Assembly (NCBI GenBank): GCA_028717685.1
Contig: JAQUNI010000003.1
Span: forward strand, 64,311 to 128,310
Length of the DNA stretch: 64,000 nucleotides
Origin: Patescibacteria group bacterium
Lineage (GTDB): Bacteria; Patescibacteriota; JAQUNI01
Direction: 5' to 3'
This document shows, in pieces, positions 38,985 to 49,124 of the stretch; positions within the stretch are counted from its first letter, which is position 1, and each line of letters opens with the position of its first letter. The position numbers and the translations under genes are program-made. The notes under the pieces were generated by a model. The model was given only the letters and a program-made list of their open reading frames with translations, was not told where the DNA came from and made no database searches.

Positions 38985-40386
38985 AATTTAGGTATTCTTC
39001 CAATGTTTCTTCCCAATGCCTTAAGCGAGGCAGTTTCGTGTTTAATAAAATTGAATACATCGGTCTTTTGGCGCGGGAACGATATTCTTGACTGGAAATC
39101 GGCTTCATTTTTGCCTTAATTCCATTAAGGAGAAGAATTTTACGCGCGAATTGATACCAGTTGGTTTTACCTTCATTAGTAATATGATAAATACCAAAAG
39201 GTCTTTCCTGTTCTAGAATTTGACGGGTCGCGCGGGCCAAGTCACGGGTATAGGTCGGTTTTCCCCATTGATCATTAACGACCGTAAGTGTAGCATTGCT
39301 CTGTGCTTTCTGCAATATTTTATCTACAAAATTAATTCCTTCCTTTCCAAATAACCAAGAACTACGGATGAGATAATATTGTTCACAATGGCGGCGCAAA
39401 AGGGCTTCTCCTAAAAACTTAGATTTTCCATAGACGTTGATTGGATTGGGTTGGATAGTTTCTTTATATCCTTTACGATTTTTTCCTTCAAAAACATAAT
39501 CCGTGGAATAATGAACTAAAACAGCATTAAGTTTTTTTGCAATCTGCGCAAGATATCCGACAGCCTTGCCATTCACTTTTAGGGCTTGCTCTTGGTTTCC
39601 CTCTGCTTCTTCAACATTAGTGTAAGCGGCGGCGTTAATGATAATGTCTGGTTTCAGACGGGAAATTTTATTTCGCAGAGTCTTTCTTCTGGTAATATCC
39701 ACATTATTTTTATCCCAAGAAGTGAGCTCGCAATCTTGAAACTCTTGAACTAGGGATCTGCCTAGCATACCCTTGCTTCCTAAAACTAAGATTTTTTTCC
39801 CGAAATTTTCTAATAGTTTATTGCGGCTGCGGATAAGATCAGGATGGATTTTTATTCCCTTGCGCACAAATTCTTTGATATCTTCATTATAAGTATAGAG
39901 AAGAGCGCGATCTAAGGACTTTCGGGCAAGAGACAGGACTTCTTTTAATTCAACTGATCCAACTCCGCCTTTTGGCGCTGGCGCGGTTACATCCGCGAGA
40001 TAAATAATTTTGTCCAAAATATCCATATTTATTTTGGGAACACAGTGTCTTTCTATCGCCTGGAGGATTGTTTTGTCACGGACATTGAATTCTTGTTGAG
40101 CCAATTTCGCGCCCACCGCGGCATGCAAAAGCAGAATGTGTTTTTTGGTAAAAATGTCTATCTTAATGCGGTACTTTTTGGCGAGCAGAATCCAAGTTTC
40201 TTCGGACAAATCGCGCGCCATATCGTGAATTAAGCCGGTAAAATAGGCTTTCGCAGGATTCACACCGCCGATGATTTTTGCTATTTTTTCCGCCGTTTTT
40301 GCCACGGATAGACTATGAAAAAATCTATCCTCCGATAGACTCTTCTTCAGGTAGGCGGTAATTTTTTTTAAATCAGGGTTATTCAT
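38980..40386 (-). CDS. rmlD: Fusion of YqeK-type HD (Ap4A hydrolase) domain and dTDP-4-dehydrorhamnose reductase
   Basis: RFFHSLSVA, IHDMAR, LLHAAVGA, KIIYLAD, then GSKGMLG, AAAYTNVE, STDYVFEG, YGKSK. Confidence 0.9.
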   Translation of the reverse strand: MNNPDLKKITAYLKKSLSEDRFFHSLSVAKTAEKIAKIIGGVNPAKAYFTGLIHDMARDLSEETWILLAKKYRIKIDIFTKKHILLLHAAVGAKLAQQEFNVRDKTILQAIERHCVPKINMDILDKIIYLADVTAPAPKGGVGSVELKEVLSLARKSLDRALLYTYNEDIKEFVRKGIKIHPDLIRSRNKLLENFGKKILVLGSKGMLGRSLVQEFQDCELTSWDKNNVDITRRKTLRNKISRLKPDIIINAAAYTNVEEAEGNQEQALKVNGKAVGYLAQIAKKLNAVLVHYSTDYVFEGKNRKGYKETIQPNPINVYGKSKFLGEALLRRHCEQYYLIRSSWLFGKEGINFVDKILQKAQSNATLTVVNDQWGKPTYTRDLARATRQILEQERPFGIYHITNEGKTNWYQFARKILLLNGIKAKMKPISSQEYRSRAKRPMYSILLNTKLPRLRHWEETLEEYLNS

Positions 40387-40399
40387 AATGAAATTTCAT

Positions 40400-41428
40400 T
40401 CACCTTTTACCATATTGTCTTTTGTAATATTTAAGGTATTCTTTGGACTTAATTCTTTTCCACCATTCTTCATTATTTTTATACCATTCTATAGTGCATT
40501 TCATTGCTTTTTGAAACTGATACTGCGGTTTCCAGCCTAAACGGCGAACTTTGCTTGAATTTAGGGCATAGCGTCTGTCGTGGCCGAGACGGTCCTTAAC
40601 ATATTCAATCATTTTTTTGTCTCTGTCTAGGGTTTTCAAAATTAACTTAGTAATTTCAAGATTCGTTCTCGGATTATCGCCGCCGATATTATAAATTTCA
40701 CCTATCTTGCCTTTATGGAACACCAGATCAAGAGCCGTACAATTATCTTCAACGTAAATCCAGTCGCGCACATTTTTACCATCGCCGTAGAGGGGAACCT
40801 TTTTTTCTTCTAAAATGTTTGTTACAAAGAGAGGGATCAGCTTTTCCGGATATTGGTAAGGTCCAAAATTATTAGAGCTTCGCGTAATTAATACGGGGAG
40901 GTTAAATGTGCGGTGATAGGCGCGAACCATTAGGTCTCCGCCGGCTTTAGAGGCTGAATAAGGATTATTTGGCGCTAAAGATGATTCTTCGTTCGCTTTG
41001 CCATTAGTGAGGCTGCCGTAAACTTCATCAGTAGAAATTTGGAGATATCTTTTAATCTTGAATTCCTTTACTGCTTCCAGAAGATTTTTAGTACCCAGAA
41101 TATCGGTACGGATAAAATCATCAGCGCCCATAATGGAGCGGTCTACGTGCGTCTCGGCAGCGAAATTTAAAATCCCATCTACATCTTTCGCTATTTTGTT
41201 TACCAGCTTAGCATCAGTAATGTCGCCCTTCACGAATTTATAGCGAGAGGTTTTGATGTCTTTTAAATTATCTAAGTTGCCGCAATAGGTTAATTTATCT
41301 AGGTTAGTGATTCGGTAACGGGGATATTTTTTGAGGAGGTAGTGAATAAAGTTGCTGCCGATAAACCCCGCACCACCGGTGATTAATAATTTCACCCTGT
41401 TAGAAATAAAATTATTTTTTCTTGGCAT
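40400..41428 (-). CDS. rmlB: dTDP-glucose 4,6-dehydratase
   Basis: TGGAGFIGSNF, AAETHVDRSI, STDEVYG, PYSASK, NNFGPYQYPEKLIP. Confidence 0.96.
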   Translation of the reverse strand: MPRKNNFISNRVKLLITGGAGFIGSNFIHYLLKKYPRYRITNLDKLTYCGNLDNLKDIKTSRYKFVKGDITDAKLVNKIAKDVDGILNFAAETHVDRSIMGADDFIRTDILGTKNLLEAVKEFKIKRYLQISTDEVYGSLTNGKANEESSLAPNNPYSASKAGGDLMVRAYHRTFNLPVLITRSSNNFGPYQYPEKLIPLFVTNILEEKKVPLYGDGKNVRDWIYVEDNCTALDLVFHKGKIGEIYNIGGDNPRTNLEITKLILKTLDRDKKMIEYVKDRLGHDRRYALNSSKVRRLGWKPQYQFQKAMKCTIEWYKNNEEWWKRIKSKEYLKYYKRQYGKR

Positions 41429-41472
41429 ATATTTTTTGTATGTTAATCATTTTCCCCGCGGAAATCGTATTT

Positions 41473-42051
41473 CTAACGAGGCAATGATTTTTGATAGAGA
41501 TCATATTTATAGAGACTGGCTAAGATGGAAGCGCCCAGAATTTGATTTTTCATGATCATTTTTTCAATTTCCGCGGGGGTGAACTTTTGCACCCTATCTA
41601 TTTCCGCAGGATCGGGCTTTTTGTGGATGGGAGACATATCTTCTGCAAGGTAGATCCAAAAATGCTGGGGATAGGCGGTAGAAGTGACAAATTCCGTGCC
41701 GATTTTAGTCCATTTTTTGGCGTTAAGACAGGCTTCTTCCGCCAATTCCCTTTTTGCCGCGGCAAGGTAGCTTTCTTTGTCCTCTTTGCGCCCCATCGGG
41801 ATTTCCCAGGTGTATCTTTTCAGGGTGTAGCGATATTGGCGCACGAAATAGATATTGCCTTTTACATCCCTAGGAATGATCGCTATAAAAGGTTTTTTCC
41901 GAATATAATAATAGTTTACTTTTTTCCCCAACTGATTGATTACTTTATCTTTAAAAAGGTCAAGGTATTGGCAACTGTAAATTTTATGGGAAGATATCTT
42001 CCGCCAGCGGGTTGTTTTTATATTTTTTAATGTGTGCTGTGTTCTTCTCAT
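41473..42051 (-). CDS. Nudix hydrolase (ADP-ribose pyrophosphatase-like)
   Basis: VRQYRY, WEIPMG, AAKRELAEEA Nudix box. Confidence 0.88.
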   Translation of the reverse strand: MRRTQHTLKNIKTTRWRKISSHKIYSCQYLDLFKDKVINQLGKKVNYYYIRKKPFIAIIPRDVKGNIYFVRQYRYTLKRYTWEIPMGRKEDKESYLAAAKRELAEEACLNAKKWTKIGTEFVTSTAYPQHFWIYLAEDMSPIHKKPDPAEIDRVQKFTPAEIEKMIMKNQILGASILASLYKYDLYQKSLPR

Positions 42052-42089
42052 CTATTTAAGTTTACCAGAAAAAGTCCTAGAAGGGCAAG

Positions 42090-42545
42090 TCATCCCATTT
42101 TAATCTTCCAATCGTAAGGAATTAATTCGGTATTATATGGTAAGCGGTATTCATCTGGTTTTTGCGGATTATAAGGGTGGGTTGGAACATTAATGATGAG
42201 TGCTTCTTTGTCGGAAATGCATTTCCAACCATGATAAATCTCCTTGGGAACTTGGACTAAAACTGGGTTATGCTCACCGATAAAAAATTCGTTCACTTCG
42301 CCCAAGGTCGGAGAATTTAAACGGCCATCATAGAGAACAAGTTTAATCATTCCTTGAATGCAACAAATGTAATCGGTTTGAATTTTATGTAAATGCCAAG
42401 CCTTCACAACCTGCGGGTAGGTAGTGGTGAGATAGACCTGTCCGAAGTTTTGATAAAAGTCGTCATCTTGGCGTAAAATCTCTATTACTCTGCCGCGCTC
42501 GTCGGGATGGACATTTAATTTTTTGATTTGGACATCAGTAATCAT
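42090..42545 (-). CDS. rmlC: dTDP-4-dehydrorhamnose 3,5-epimerase (SpsL-type)
   Basis: HPDERG, VKAWHLH, LYDGR.NSPT; in the rml operon. Confidence 0.85.
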   Translation of the reverse strand: MITDVQIKKLNVHPDERGRVIEILRQDDDFYQNFGQVYLTTTYPQVVKAWHLHKIQTDYICCIQGMIKLVLYDGRLNSPTLGEVNEFFIGEHNPVLVQVPKEIYHGWKCISDKEALIINVPTHPYNPQKPDEYRLPYNTELIPYDWKIKMG

Positions 42546-42554
42546 AAATTGAAT

Positions 42555-43739
42555 TTATTTTGGATTAAGATATATAGGATGAGTTTTCGCAATCCTCGGC
42601 AGGGAATTTTTAATTCTTATTGGATTTTTCGCTTTAAGCATTGCATAAAGGGATAAAGTTTGGCGCGTGATTTTTTGCCAATTATAGTTTCTTTTCACCC
42701 TTTCTCGCGCCAGGTGGCCATTTTTTAAAACTAATTCTGGATGATCATTTAAAAATAAGATTTTTTGAGTAAGGTCAACAAAACTTTTTGATTTAAAGGT
42801 GTAACCCGCTTCTCCAATCGCCTCTTGGTTTTCCGGGATGTCGGAGACTAAAACGCAACGGCCAGATCCCATTGCCTCCAGAAGACTAATAGATAATCCT
42901 TCCACTTCCGAAGGTAAAACATAAAGATAGGCATTAGAAAGGAGTTCGTTCAAAATTTTTCCCTGTTGGTGGCCTAGAAAGACTACATTAGGATTATTTT
43001 GAGCTAATTCTTTAAGATAGTCAAGATAGTTTTGATTTTCTTTAGGGTTATCTCCCACAATCACCAGCTTTTTATTCAAATTCAAATTTTGGAAAGCACG
43101 AATAAGATAATGAATACCTTTTAAAGGAATAAGGCGAGAAACCGAAAGAATATAGCTATTTTCCGTTAGTCCCCATTTTTTAATTCGTTGCGCTTTTTGC
43201 GGAGGGAAAAGAGGTGCGCCATTGGGGATATAAAATATGTGAGCGGTCGGATACTTGCGGCGGCAGTAAGAATACAGATTTTTTGAGACCGTAATCGTGG
43301 CGTGAGGAAATTTTACCGTGGCCCATTCCCCCAGAGCAAGAAAAAGGCGGGCAATATATCCCCATTTTTTATTGAAGCGGTCGCGCGAATGAAAGGTGGC
43401 GATGATTTGAGTCTTTCTTTTTAAAAGCCGAGGCAGAAAAGCGAGGAGCGAGGGTCCAACTGAATGAATATGAATAATATCCACCTTTTGAAATAAGACA
43501 TGAATTAAGGAGGTTAGAGTGTGCGTGATCGCGGCTAAATTTTTTGTGGGGATATAAGGGGTATAAATGATTCGCACCCCTTTATATCGCCTAACGCGGC
43601 TTTGTGTATAATGGCGGCGGGAGTAAACCAAAACTTCGTGCCCTGCTTTTACCAAGCGGACAGCTAGTTCTTCGGTATGTCTCTCCACTCCGCCATCGCG
43701 GCAGGGAATGCCCTTAGAGCCGATAATTGCTATTTTCAT
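42555..43739 (-). CDS. GT4 glycosyltransferase
   Basis: MKIAIIGSKGIP...GGVE, EGLSISLLEAM. Confidence 0.9.
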   Translation of the reverse strand: MKIAIIGSKGIPCRDGGVERHTEELAVRLVKAGHEVLVYSRRHYTQSRVRRYKGVRIIYTPYIPTKNLAAITHTLTSLIHVLFQKVDIIHIHSVGPSLLAFLPRLLKRKTQIIATFHSRDRFNKKWGYIARLFLALGEWATVKFPHATITVSKNLYSYCRRKYPTAHIFYIPNGAPLFPPQKAQRIKKWGLTENSYILSVSRLIPLKGIHYLIRAFQNLNLNKKLVIVGDNPKENQNYLDYLKELAQNNPNVVFLGHQQGKILNELLSNAYLYVLPSEVEGLSISLLEAMGSGRCVLVSDIPENQEAIGEAGYTFKSKSFVDLTQKILFLNDHPELVLKNGHLARERVKRNYNWQKITRQTLSLYAMLKAKNPIRIKNSLPRIAKTHPIYLNPK

Positions 43740-43766
43740 TATTTTGGGATTTATAGTAGAAGAGTT

Positions 43767-43795
43767 ATTATACATCTTAAATCGTTATAAGTCAA
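43767..43795 (-). promoter_or_regulatory. sigma70 promoter
   Basis: TTGACT-N17-TATAAT. Confidence 0.7.
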
Positions 43796-43807
43796 GAGCT
43801 TTTGGTT

Positions 43808-45022
43808 CTAATGCCCTTGGCGTGCAAATTGATAAATCTTCATCAGATTTTGATAATAGATTTCCGGATTGTAGCGCCTAATTTCCCGTTTTGCCCTTTG
43901 ACCGATCTTTCGCGTGACTTCGCGGTTTTGATAAAGGGATTGGATTTTTTTCTCGAGTTCCGCGGCATTCTGGAAAAAGAAACCAGTACTTCCTTCGCGG
44001 ATGATTTCTTGAAGACCGCCCTTTTTGCTCGCGAGCACCACTTTACCTAAATTAAAAGATTCTAGGACGACTAATCCGAAAACCTCCTGCCAACTGCTCG
44101 GAACGACCACAAAGCGGGATTGCCGGATAATCTTTTTGAGTTCGTCTCCTTGCTTGTAACCCAGAAACTGAATATTGGTAATATAATTTTTTTGAATATA
44201 AGCTTCCAGTTTTTCTTTCTCGGGACCCTCCCCGGCTATTTTCAATTTAATTTCTGGCAGTTTTTGCATCACGGAGATTAAAAGATCCAAGCCTTTTTCG
44301 GGCGAAAGGCGGCCGAAAAATAAAATATAATTTTTTTCCTTCGCAGATAGCAGATTCTCTTCTTTAATAAAATAAGGCAGGGTTACTAATTTTGCTTGCG
44401 GCAATCCCCATGCTGTAAGTTTTTGGCGCATAAACTTGCTCGGACAGATGAAAATGTTAACATAACGTTCATAAAAATGAAAGGCTTTATGAAAATACAT
44501 TTCCAGAGTGTTAACAAGAGAAGCAAGATAAGAATCCTTCACGCATTTATTTAAAAAACATTGATAATATTTTTTCTTTCTGCATTTTTCGCACACTTTA
44601 TTATGCTGAAAAAGCTGGTAGTTTGGACAAATAAGTTTGTAGTCATTCACTGTCATTACGATAGGGATTTTATGCTTTTTTAAAATTCCTAAAATAGAAG
44701 GTGAAATTTGATGATAGATGTTATGAATATGAGCGATCTCTGGTTTTTCTTTTTGAATCAAAGCTCGGATTTTTCTTTTCGCCTCCAGTGAATAAAAGAT
44801 ACGGCCGAGGGTCGCGAGAGTCTTGAAGGAAAATTTGGGGCGCGAGAGATCCACTTCATTTACAAAATATTGCGCGTGAGGAGAAGGCTCGTTTTTATCG
44901 CTACGCATAGAGAAAGGAATTACTTTGTGGCCGTGCCTTTCTAGCAATTTAGTTAAATCAAAATAATGACGGTCTGCTCCGCCCTGAATGTGGTAAAATT
45001 TGTTGATGTTGAGAATGCGCAT
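43808..45022 (-). CDS. GT4 glycosyltransferase
   Basis: HNIYHQISPSI, DYKLICP, GRLSPEKG, EVFGLVVLES. Confidence 0.9.
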   Translation of the reverse strand: MRILNINKFYHIQGGADRHYFDLTKLLERHGHKVIPFSMRSDKNEPSPHAQYFVNEVDLSRPKFSFKTLATLGRIFYSLEAKRKIRALIQKEKPEIAHIHNIYHQISPSILGILKKHKIPIVMTVNDYKLICPNYQLFQHNKVCEKCRKKKYYQCFLNKCVKDSYLASLVNTLEMYFHKAFHFYERYVNIFICPSKFMRQKLTAWGLPQAKLVTLPYFIKEENLLSAKEKNYILFFGRLSPEKGLDLLISVMQKLPEIKLKIAGEGPEKEKLEAYIQKNYITNIQFLGYKQGDELKKIIRQSRFVVVPSSWQEVFGLVVLESFNLGKVVLASKKGGLQEIIREGSTGFFFQNAAELEKKIQSLYQNREVTRKIGQRAKREIRRYNPEIYYQNLMKIYQFARQGH

Positions 45023-45088
45023 CAGGGAAAGTTAAAAGTTAAATCGCAAAAGGCAAATCTGAAAGGTAAAAGTAAAAACTTTTTACTT

Positions 45089-45967
45089 TTAACTTGTAGA
45101 TTTCACTTTTGACTTTTGAAATTTGACTTTTAATATTTTTATTCTCAACTTCACCCAGCTTAAGAGAACTATAATATTAAAACCTATTCTTCGTTGAGGG
45201 TAATGTTTTTTCCAAAAATATAGAAGGCTGTTTCGCAAATATAGCCAAGGCGCGAGAGAACCTTGGGATGATCCGTGATGATGATGAATTACTTCATCTT
45301 CTCCCCAGAAGATAATTTGAAAGCCAGCCTCCCGTGCTCTTTTGCAGAAATCAATGTCTTCTAAATACATAAAATAATTTTCATCAAAAAGCCCAATTTT
45401 TTCCAAAACGGATCGGCGGATGAAAAGGCAGGTGCCAGAAAGCCACTTTACCCTCCGAGTCTGGTAGAATTTTTTACGTGTCCAAAGATTAGGCATCACT
45501 ACCCTGCCCCAGGGAAGGATTTTGTAGAGTAAGGTTAGGTCTAAAAATTCTGTCGCGAGGGAGGGGTAATTTCCAAAATTAGCATTGATGCTTCCATCTA
45601 GCAGAGTCAGGCGGGGCGAAGTGATGCCCACGTCTGGATGGCGGTCTAAAAAGGTAATAATCTTGTTTAAATTTTGATGCGCAAAAGCGTCGGTGTTTAA
45701 AAGCAAAAGATATTCGCCTCGCGCGATCTTGATTCCTTGATTCACAGCGGCGGCGAACCCGCGATTTTTTTCATTGATAATCAGCCTTACTTGAGGAAAA
45801 TCTTTTTTAATTCTCCCGACAGAGTTATCTTCAGAATTGTTATCTATGACAATTGCCTCAATAGGTATTTTAAGAAAAGCCGCGAATACTTTAGATAGGC
45901 ATTCTAAAGTCAGGGTGCAGGTATTATATGAAGGAATAATTATAGAAAGTTTAATCTTATTTCGCAT
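45089..45967 (-). CDS. GT2 rhamnosyltransferase-like (WbbL)
   Basis: IDNNSED, NRGFAAAVNQG, FDENYFMYLEDIDFC. Confidence 0.88.
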   Translation of the reverse strand: MRNKIKLSIIIPSYNTCTLTLECLSKVFAAFLKIPIEAIVIDNNSEDNSVGRIKKDFPQVRLIINEKNRGFAAAVNQGIKIARGEYLLLLNTDAFAHQNLNKIITFLDRHPDVGITSPRLTLLDGSINANFGNYPSLATEFLDLTLLYKILPWGRVVMPNLWTRKKFYQTRRVKWLSGTCLFIRRSVLEKIGLFDENYFMYLEDIDFCKRAREAGFQIIFWGEDEVIHHHHGSSQGSLAPWLYLRNSLLYFWKKHYPQRRIGFNIIVLLSWVKLRIKILKVKFQKSKVKSTS

Positions 45968-47324
45968 TTTTTTGGTTAATTAGCTGATTGTAAATTGCGA
46001 GTAATCCTATAATATACCAAAATACCATTCCATAGTACAGCCCAATTAAGGTAGCTTCCACCATTGAATTTAGCAGCACGATAATGAGCGTGGAAACAAA
46101 TCCCAGATAAAGCATTTTTTCCTCCGGATTCAAAGAGATTTTTTGAGCCTTTTTAATTTCTAAATAAATGGCGCGAATAACCAGCATAAAAGCGGCAAAA
46201 CCGATTATTCCGAGTTCAAGAAGCACTTGCAGAAAAAAATTATTACTTTCCGTTTCCACGGACCAAGGCAAAAGATTTTTGTATTCCAATTTTAAATTGC
46301 CCGTGCCTACACCCAAGATGGGATTATGAACAAAGATTTGATAAGCAGAACGGAATTCCACTATCCGAAAACGGGTATTGGGATCCGTCAAAACTCGCGT
46401 CAGACGATCTAAAAATTTATCAGAATAAGAGGCAAGGGGGATAGCGATTACGGCAAGAAGGACGCAGATAAAAAGGATAGCAAAGAGTTTTTTAACTTTT
46501 TGTTTTCTGAAAATATAAATAAAACCAGCCATCAGGGAAAAAATCTCGCCTTTACCAAGGGTTAAGAAGGTAGCCATTCCACCCACAATCGTTTCGGCAA
46601 AGAGAAGCATTTTCAACCATTTATTACGGGTAGTTAATAATAGAATATAAGTGAATGGCAGAGTCATAATAATAATGGCCGCAATGTAAACCCATTTCCC
46701 TACCGGTGTGATTATCGCTTCACGGGCTAGGGCATAGTCTCCTTGAAAACCACCCAGAGAGATGACTTTGAAAATTAACTGGGTAGCAACCAACAATCCG
46801 GTTATGGGGATAGAAAAAAGAGCGATTTTAAAATCCCTTTTGTTTTTGATGAGATTTACGGCTAAAAGCAAGATTAAAAAATGAAAACCAAGATTGCGCA
46901 GGGCAATGACGGCACGGGAAAGATTATCCGCCCAGCCCAAAGATAAGACAGATAGAAAGATATACAAAAGAAAGCATCCTAAGAGTAAAGGAAATCTTAT
47001 TTGCTTAAATTGTTTTTGGGCAATGAGCTTCAAAATAAAGAATAAAGTTAAAATAATGACCAAAATTTCAGCGAGGCTTACTTGGTAATACCAATCCTGG
47101 ATGCGGATGGTAGCTATTTGACCGAAGACAATAGCAGGCGGAATCAGAATAAGGACAAAAACAGGGTTTTTGAGGTAAAGGAAGATAAGAATGGCGAGAC
47201 CAAAAATTATGCCAAAAGTTAAGAGTAAATGCCCCCATCCCTCGTCTCCCCAATTAGAAAACAAGGGTATAAGGATACCGAATAATAGAATAAGTATGGA
47301 AATAAGAAGGATTTTTTTGACCAT
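45957..47324 (-). CDS. O-antigen ligase/polymerase family (Wzy_C)
   Basis: About 12 TM, PILGVGTGN, NNFFLQVLLELGIIG. Confidence 0.85.
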   Translation of the reverse strand: MVKKILLISILILLFGILIPLFSNWGDEGWGHLLLTFGIIFGLAILIFLYLKNPVFVLILIPPAIVFGQIATIRIQDWYYQVSLAEILVIILTLFFILKLIAQKQFKQIRFPLLLGCFLLYIFLSVLSLGWADNLSRAVIALRNLGFHFLILLLAVNLIKNKRDFKIALFSIPITGLLVATQLIFKVISLGGFQGDYALAREAIITPVGKWVYIAAIIIMTLPFTYILLLTTRNKWLKMLLFAETIVGGMATFLTLGKGEIFSLMAGFIYIFRKQKVKKLFAILFICVLLAVIAIPLASYSDKFLDRLTRVLTDPNTRFRIVEFRSAYQIFVHNPILGVGTGNLKLEYKNLLPWSVETESNNFFLQVLLELGIIGFAAFMLVIRAIYLEIKKAQKISLNPEEKMLYLGFVSTLIIVLLNSMVEATLIGLYYGMVFWYIIGLLAIYNQLINQKNAK

Positions 47325-47337
47325 AGTTTTAAGCTTT

Positions 47338-47366
47338 ACTATACATCAAAAGTCAGTTTTTGTCAA
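47338..47366 (-). promoter_or_regulatory. sigma70 promoter
   Basis: TTGACA-N17-TATAGT. Confidence 0.72.
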
Positions 47367-47447
47367 ATAAAATGGTAAAAAAATAGGGTAAGGAGAGAAT
47401 TAAATTGAATTGAAAATCTTTTTAATCTCCTTACCCTGCTCCGTGCC

Positions 47448-48287
47448 TTAATTGACAATCGCTGTGCGATTGTCAGCGCCGGAGTTGATAAAGGTGCCGC
47501 GGTTATCCAATTTACCTTTGAACTGGTAAACCGGATATTTATTAGATGTTCCATCTGCCACCTTGATGAGATAAACAGCCGTTGTGCCATTGACTTTCAC
47601 CTCGGATGTGTATCTTGCTCTTTTATCTGACCAAAGCACGAAGGCAAATTCTTTATCTGGCACGTATGATCCGCTCCATTCCCAACTGCCGTTCTTATAT
47701 GATATTGGCACGCTTGCCCAACCTGTCACATCTGAAGAGAGGTAGATGGTTGTTCCTATACTTTCTGCGGTTGTTAAAGTGAATTTGACATTGAGGATAC
47801 CTACACCACCGGACAGTTGTAGAACCTTACTATCAGTGTCAAACATTAATTGGAAAGAACCGCTGCCGTCTATGTTTTGTAATTTGACATTATTAACCCA
47901 CAAATCATAGATGACACTACCGCCAATGAATGATGCCTTAATATAACCCGGTAGAGTGGTCCATACCTTAACACGGCAGGAGTTAAATTCATTGATGCTG
48001 TTGAAAGTAATTTTTTTCACATTAGGATATTCATTCCCGTCTGCGAAAAGATTACTTTCCACTTCAATGGCTCCGGTTGCGGATGGCGCCATTTTACTTT
48101 CCGTGGTTATGCTGGGCAATATCGTCCCTTCCGGGTATGACAGAGATAACCTAGCAATAATGGTGGAAACCTGCTCTCCCATTTCATCGCCTAGAATACT
48201 ACTAAATGGGTTGCGTGCCTGATCGCAGCCCAAGAACAGAAATGTCAGTAAAACCACCATCAGGCAGGTGGTTATTATCCTTATCAT
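47448..48287 (-). CDS. Hypothetical lipoprotein, beta-rich, possible starch-binding Ig-like C-terminal domain
   Basis: Lipobox FLGC, GGAGGT SD, IYLSSDVTGW...GSWEW pattern. Confidence 0.6.
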   Translation of the reverse strand: MIRIITTCLMVVLLTFLFLGCDQARNPFSSILGDEMGEQVSTIIARLSLSYPEGTILPSITTESKMAPSATGAIEVESNLFADGNEYPNVKKITFNSINEFNSCRVKVWTTLPGYIKASFIGGSVIYDLWVNNVKLQNIDGSGSFQLMFDTDSKVLQLSGGVGILNVKFTLTTAESIGTTIYLSSDVTGWASVPISYKNGSWEWSGSYVPDKEFAFVLWSDKRARYTSEVKVNGTTAVYLIKVADGTSNKYPVYQFKGKLDNRGTFINSGADNRTAIVN

Positions 48288-48383
48288 TACTTAATACCTC
48301 CAGTTCAGAAATTTACGGTTTCACCCTAACGGGTGATCTCCCGTTAGGGATGACAGGTCAGGAGACCTGAACCAACGTAATGG

Positions 48384-49124
48384 TTATATTCCTGGTCCGG
48401 GTTCAATATTGTCCCCTTCGATTCGGAAATTAATACTCCCTTTCTGGGTTGACGGGTTGATTTTAACCCACTTACTACTAGATTTATGCACCGCTGCCCA
48501 GAAGGAGTCAGCCGTCTGAAGTTCTATGCCTAATACTTGAATTGTGGCATTTCCTTGATAATCTCCCGCAGGTGGCATGGGGAATGAAGCCTCCAAACAT
48601 TTTGTATTGGGGTTGTAGGTCATTTCCCTGCCTTGGGCTGGGCGCCAAGCTGTGGAGCTGTCAACAAAATAGATTCTTTCACCAGGTCCGGGTTGTCGGA
48701 TAAGTCTTGCGTCAACAGCTACAAGGAGATTATTACCATCGCTAGAAATGTCAATAATATAGTCTCCCGTACCTTGAGTAATAGATGCTGTTGGTGCAAT
48801 ATAAGACGTTGACGTTGCTGAAGCTGCGGCGGCTGCGGAAGCAGATGCAGATGCTGTCGTTGCCGCTGTTGCCGCGGATGATTGTCCGAAAAGTCGCAGT
48901 TTTGGCTCTGGGTGCACTACAGGACCTTGATACCCTGGCGTACAGTGCCAATTCACGGGCTCGCGTTGCTCCATTTGCATCATTAACGCGCGAGCAGCCA
49001 TTGCCTTGGTGACTATTATCTCATTATCGTTGCTGCATTTTGAGGGGTATACAGCGCAACCCATCAGAACAATTGTGAGACTAAGAAATAAACCTATTAA
49101 CAGAACAGACAAAACCTTTTTCAT
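48384..49124 (-). CDS. Hypothetical lipoprotein with Ala/Ser/Thr linker
   Basis: Lipobox LMGC, AAGGAGGT SD, low-complexity linker. Confidence 0.65.
   Translation of the reverse strand: MKKVLSVLLIGLFLSLTIVLMGCAVYPSKCSNDNEIIVTKAMAARALMMQMEQREPVNWHCTPGYQGPVVHPEPKLRLFGQSSAATAATTASASASAAAAASATSTSYIAPTASITQGTGDYIIDISSDGNNLLVAVDARLIRQPGPGERIYFVDSSTAWRPAQGREMTYNPNTKCLEASFPMPPAGDYQGNATIQVLGIELQTADSFWAAVHKSSSKWVKINPSTQKGSINFRIEGDNIEPGPGI

Noticed and set aside
41542-42030. Antisense and nested ORFs (also 24876-25352, 181-609, 49701-50075 and similar)
   Set aside because: Shadows of well-supported genes with no recognisable motifs
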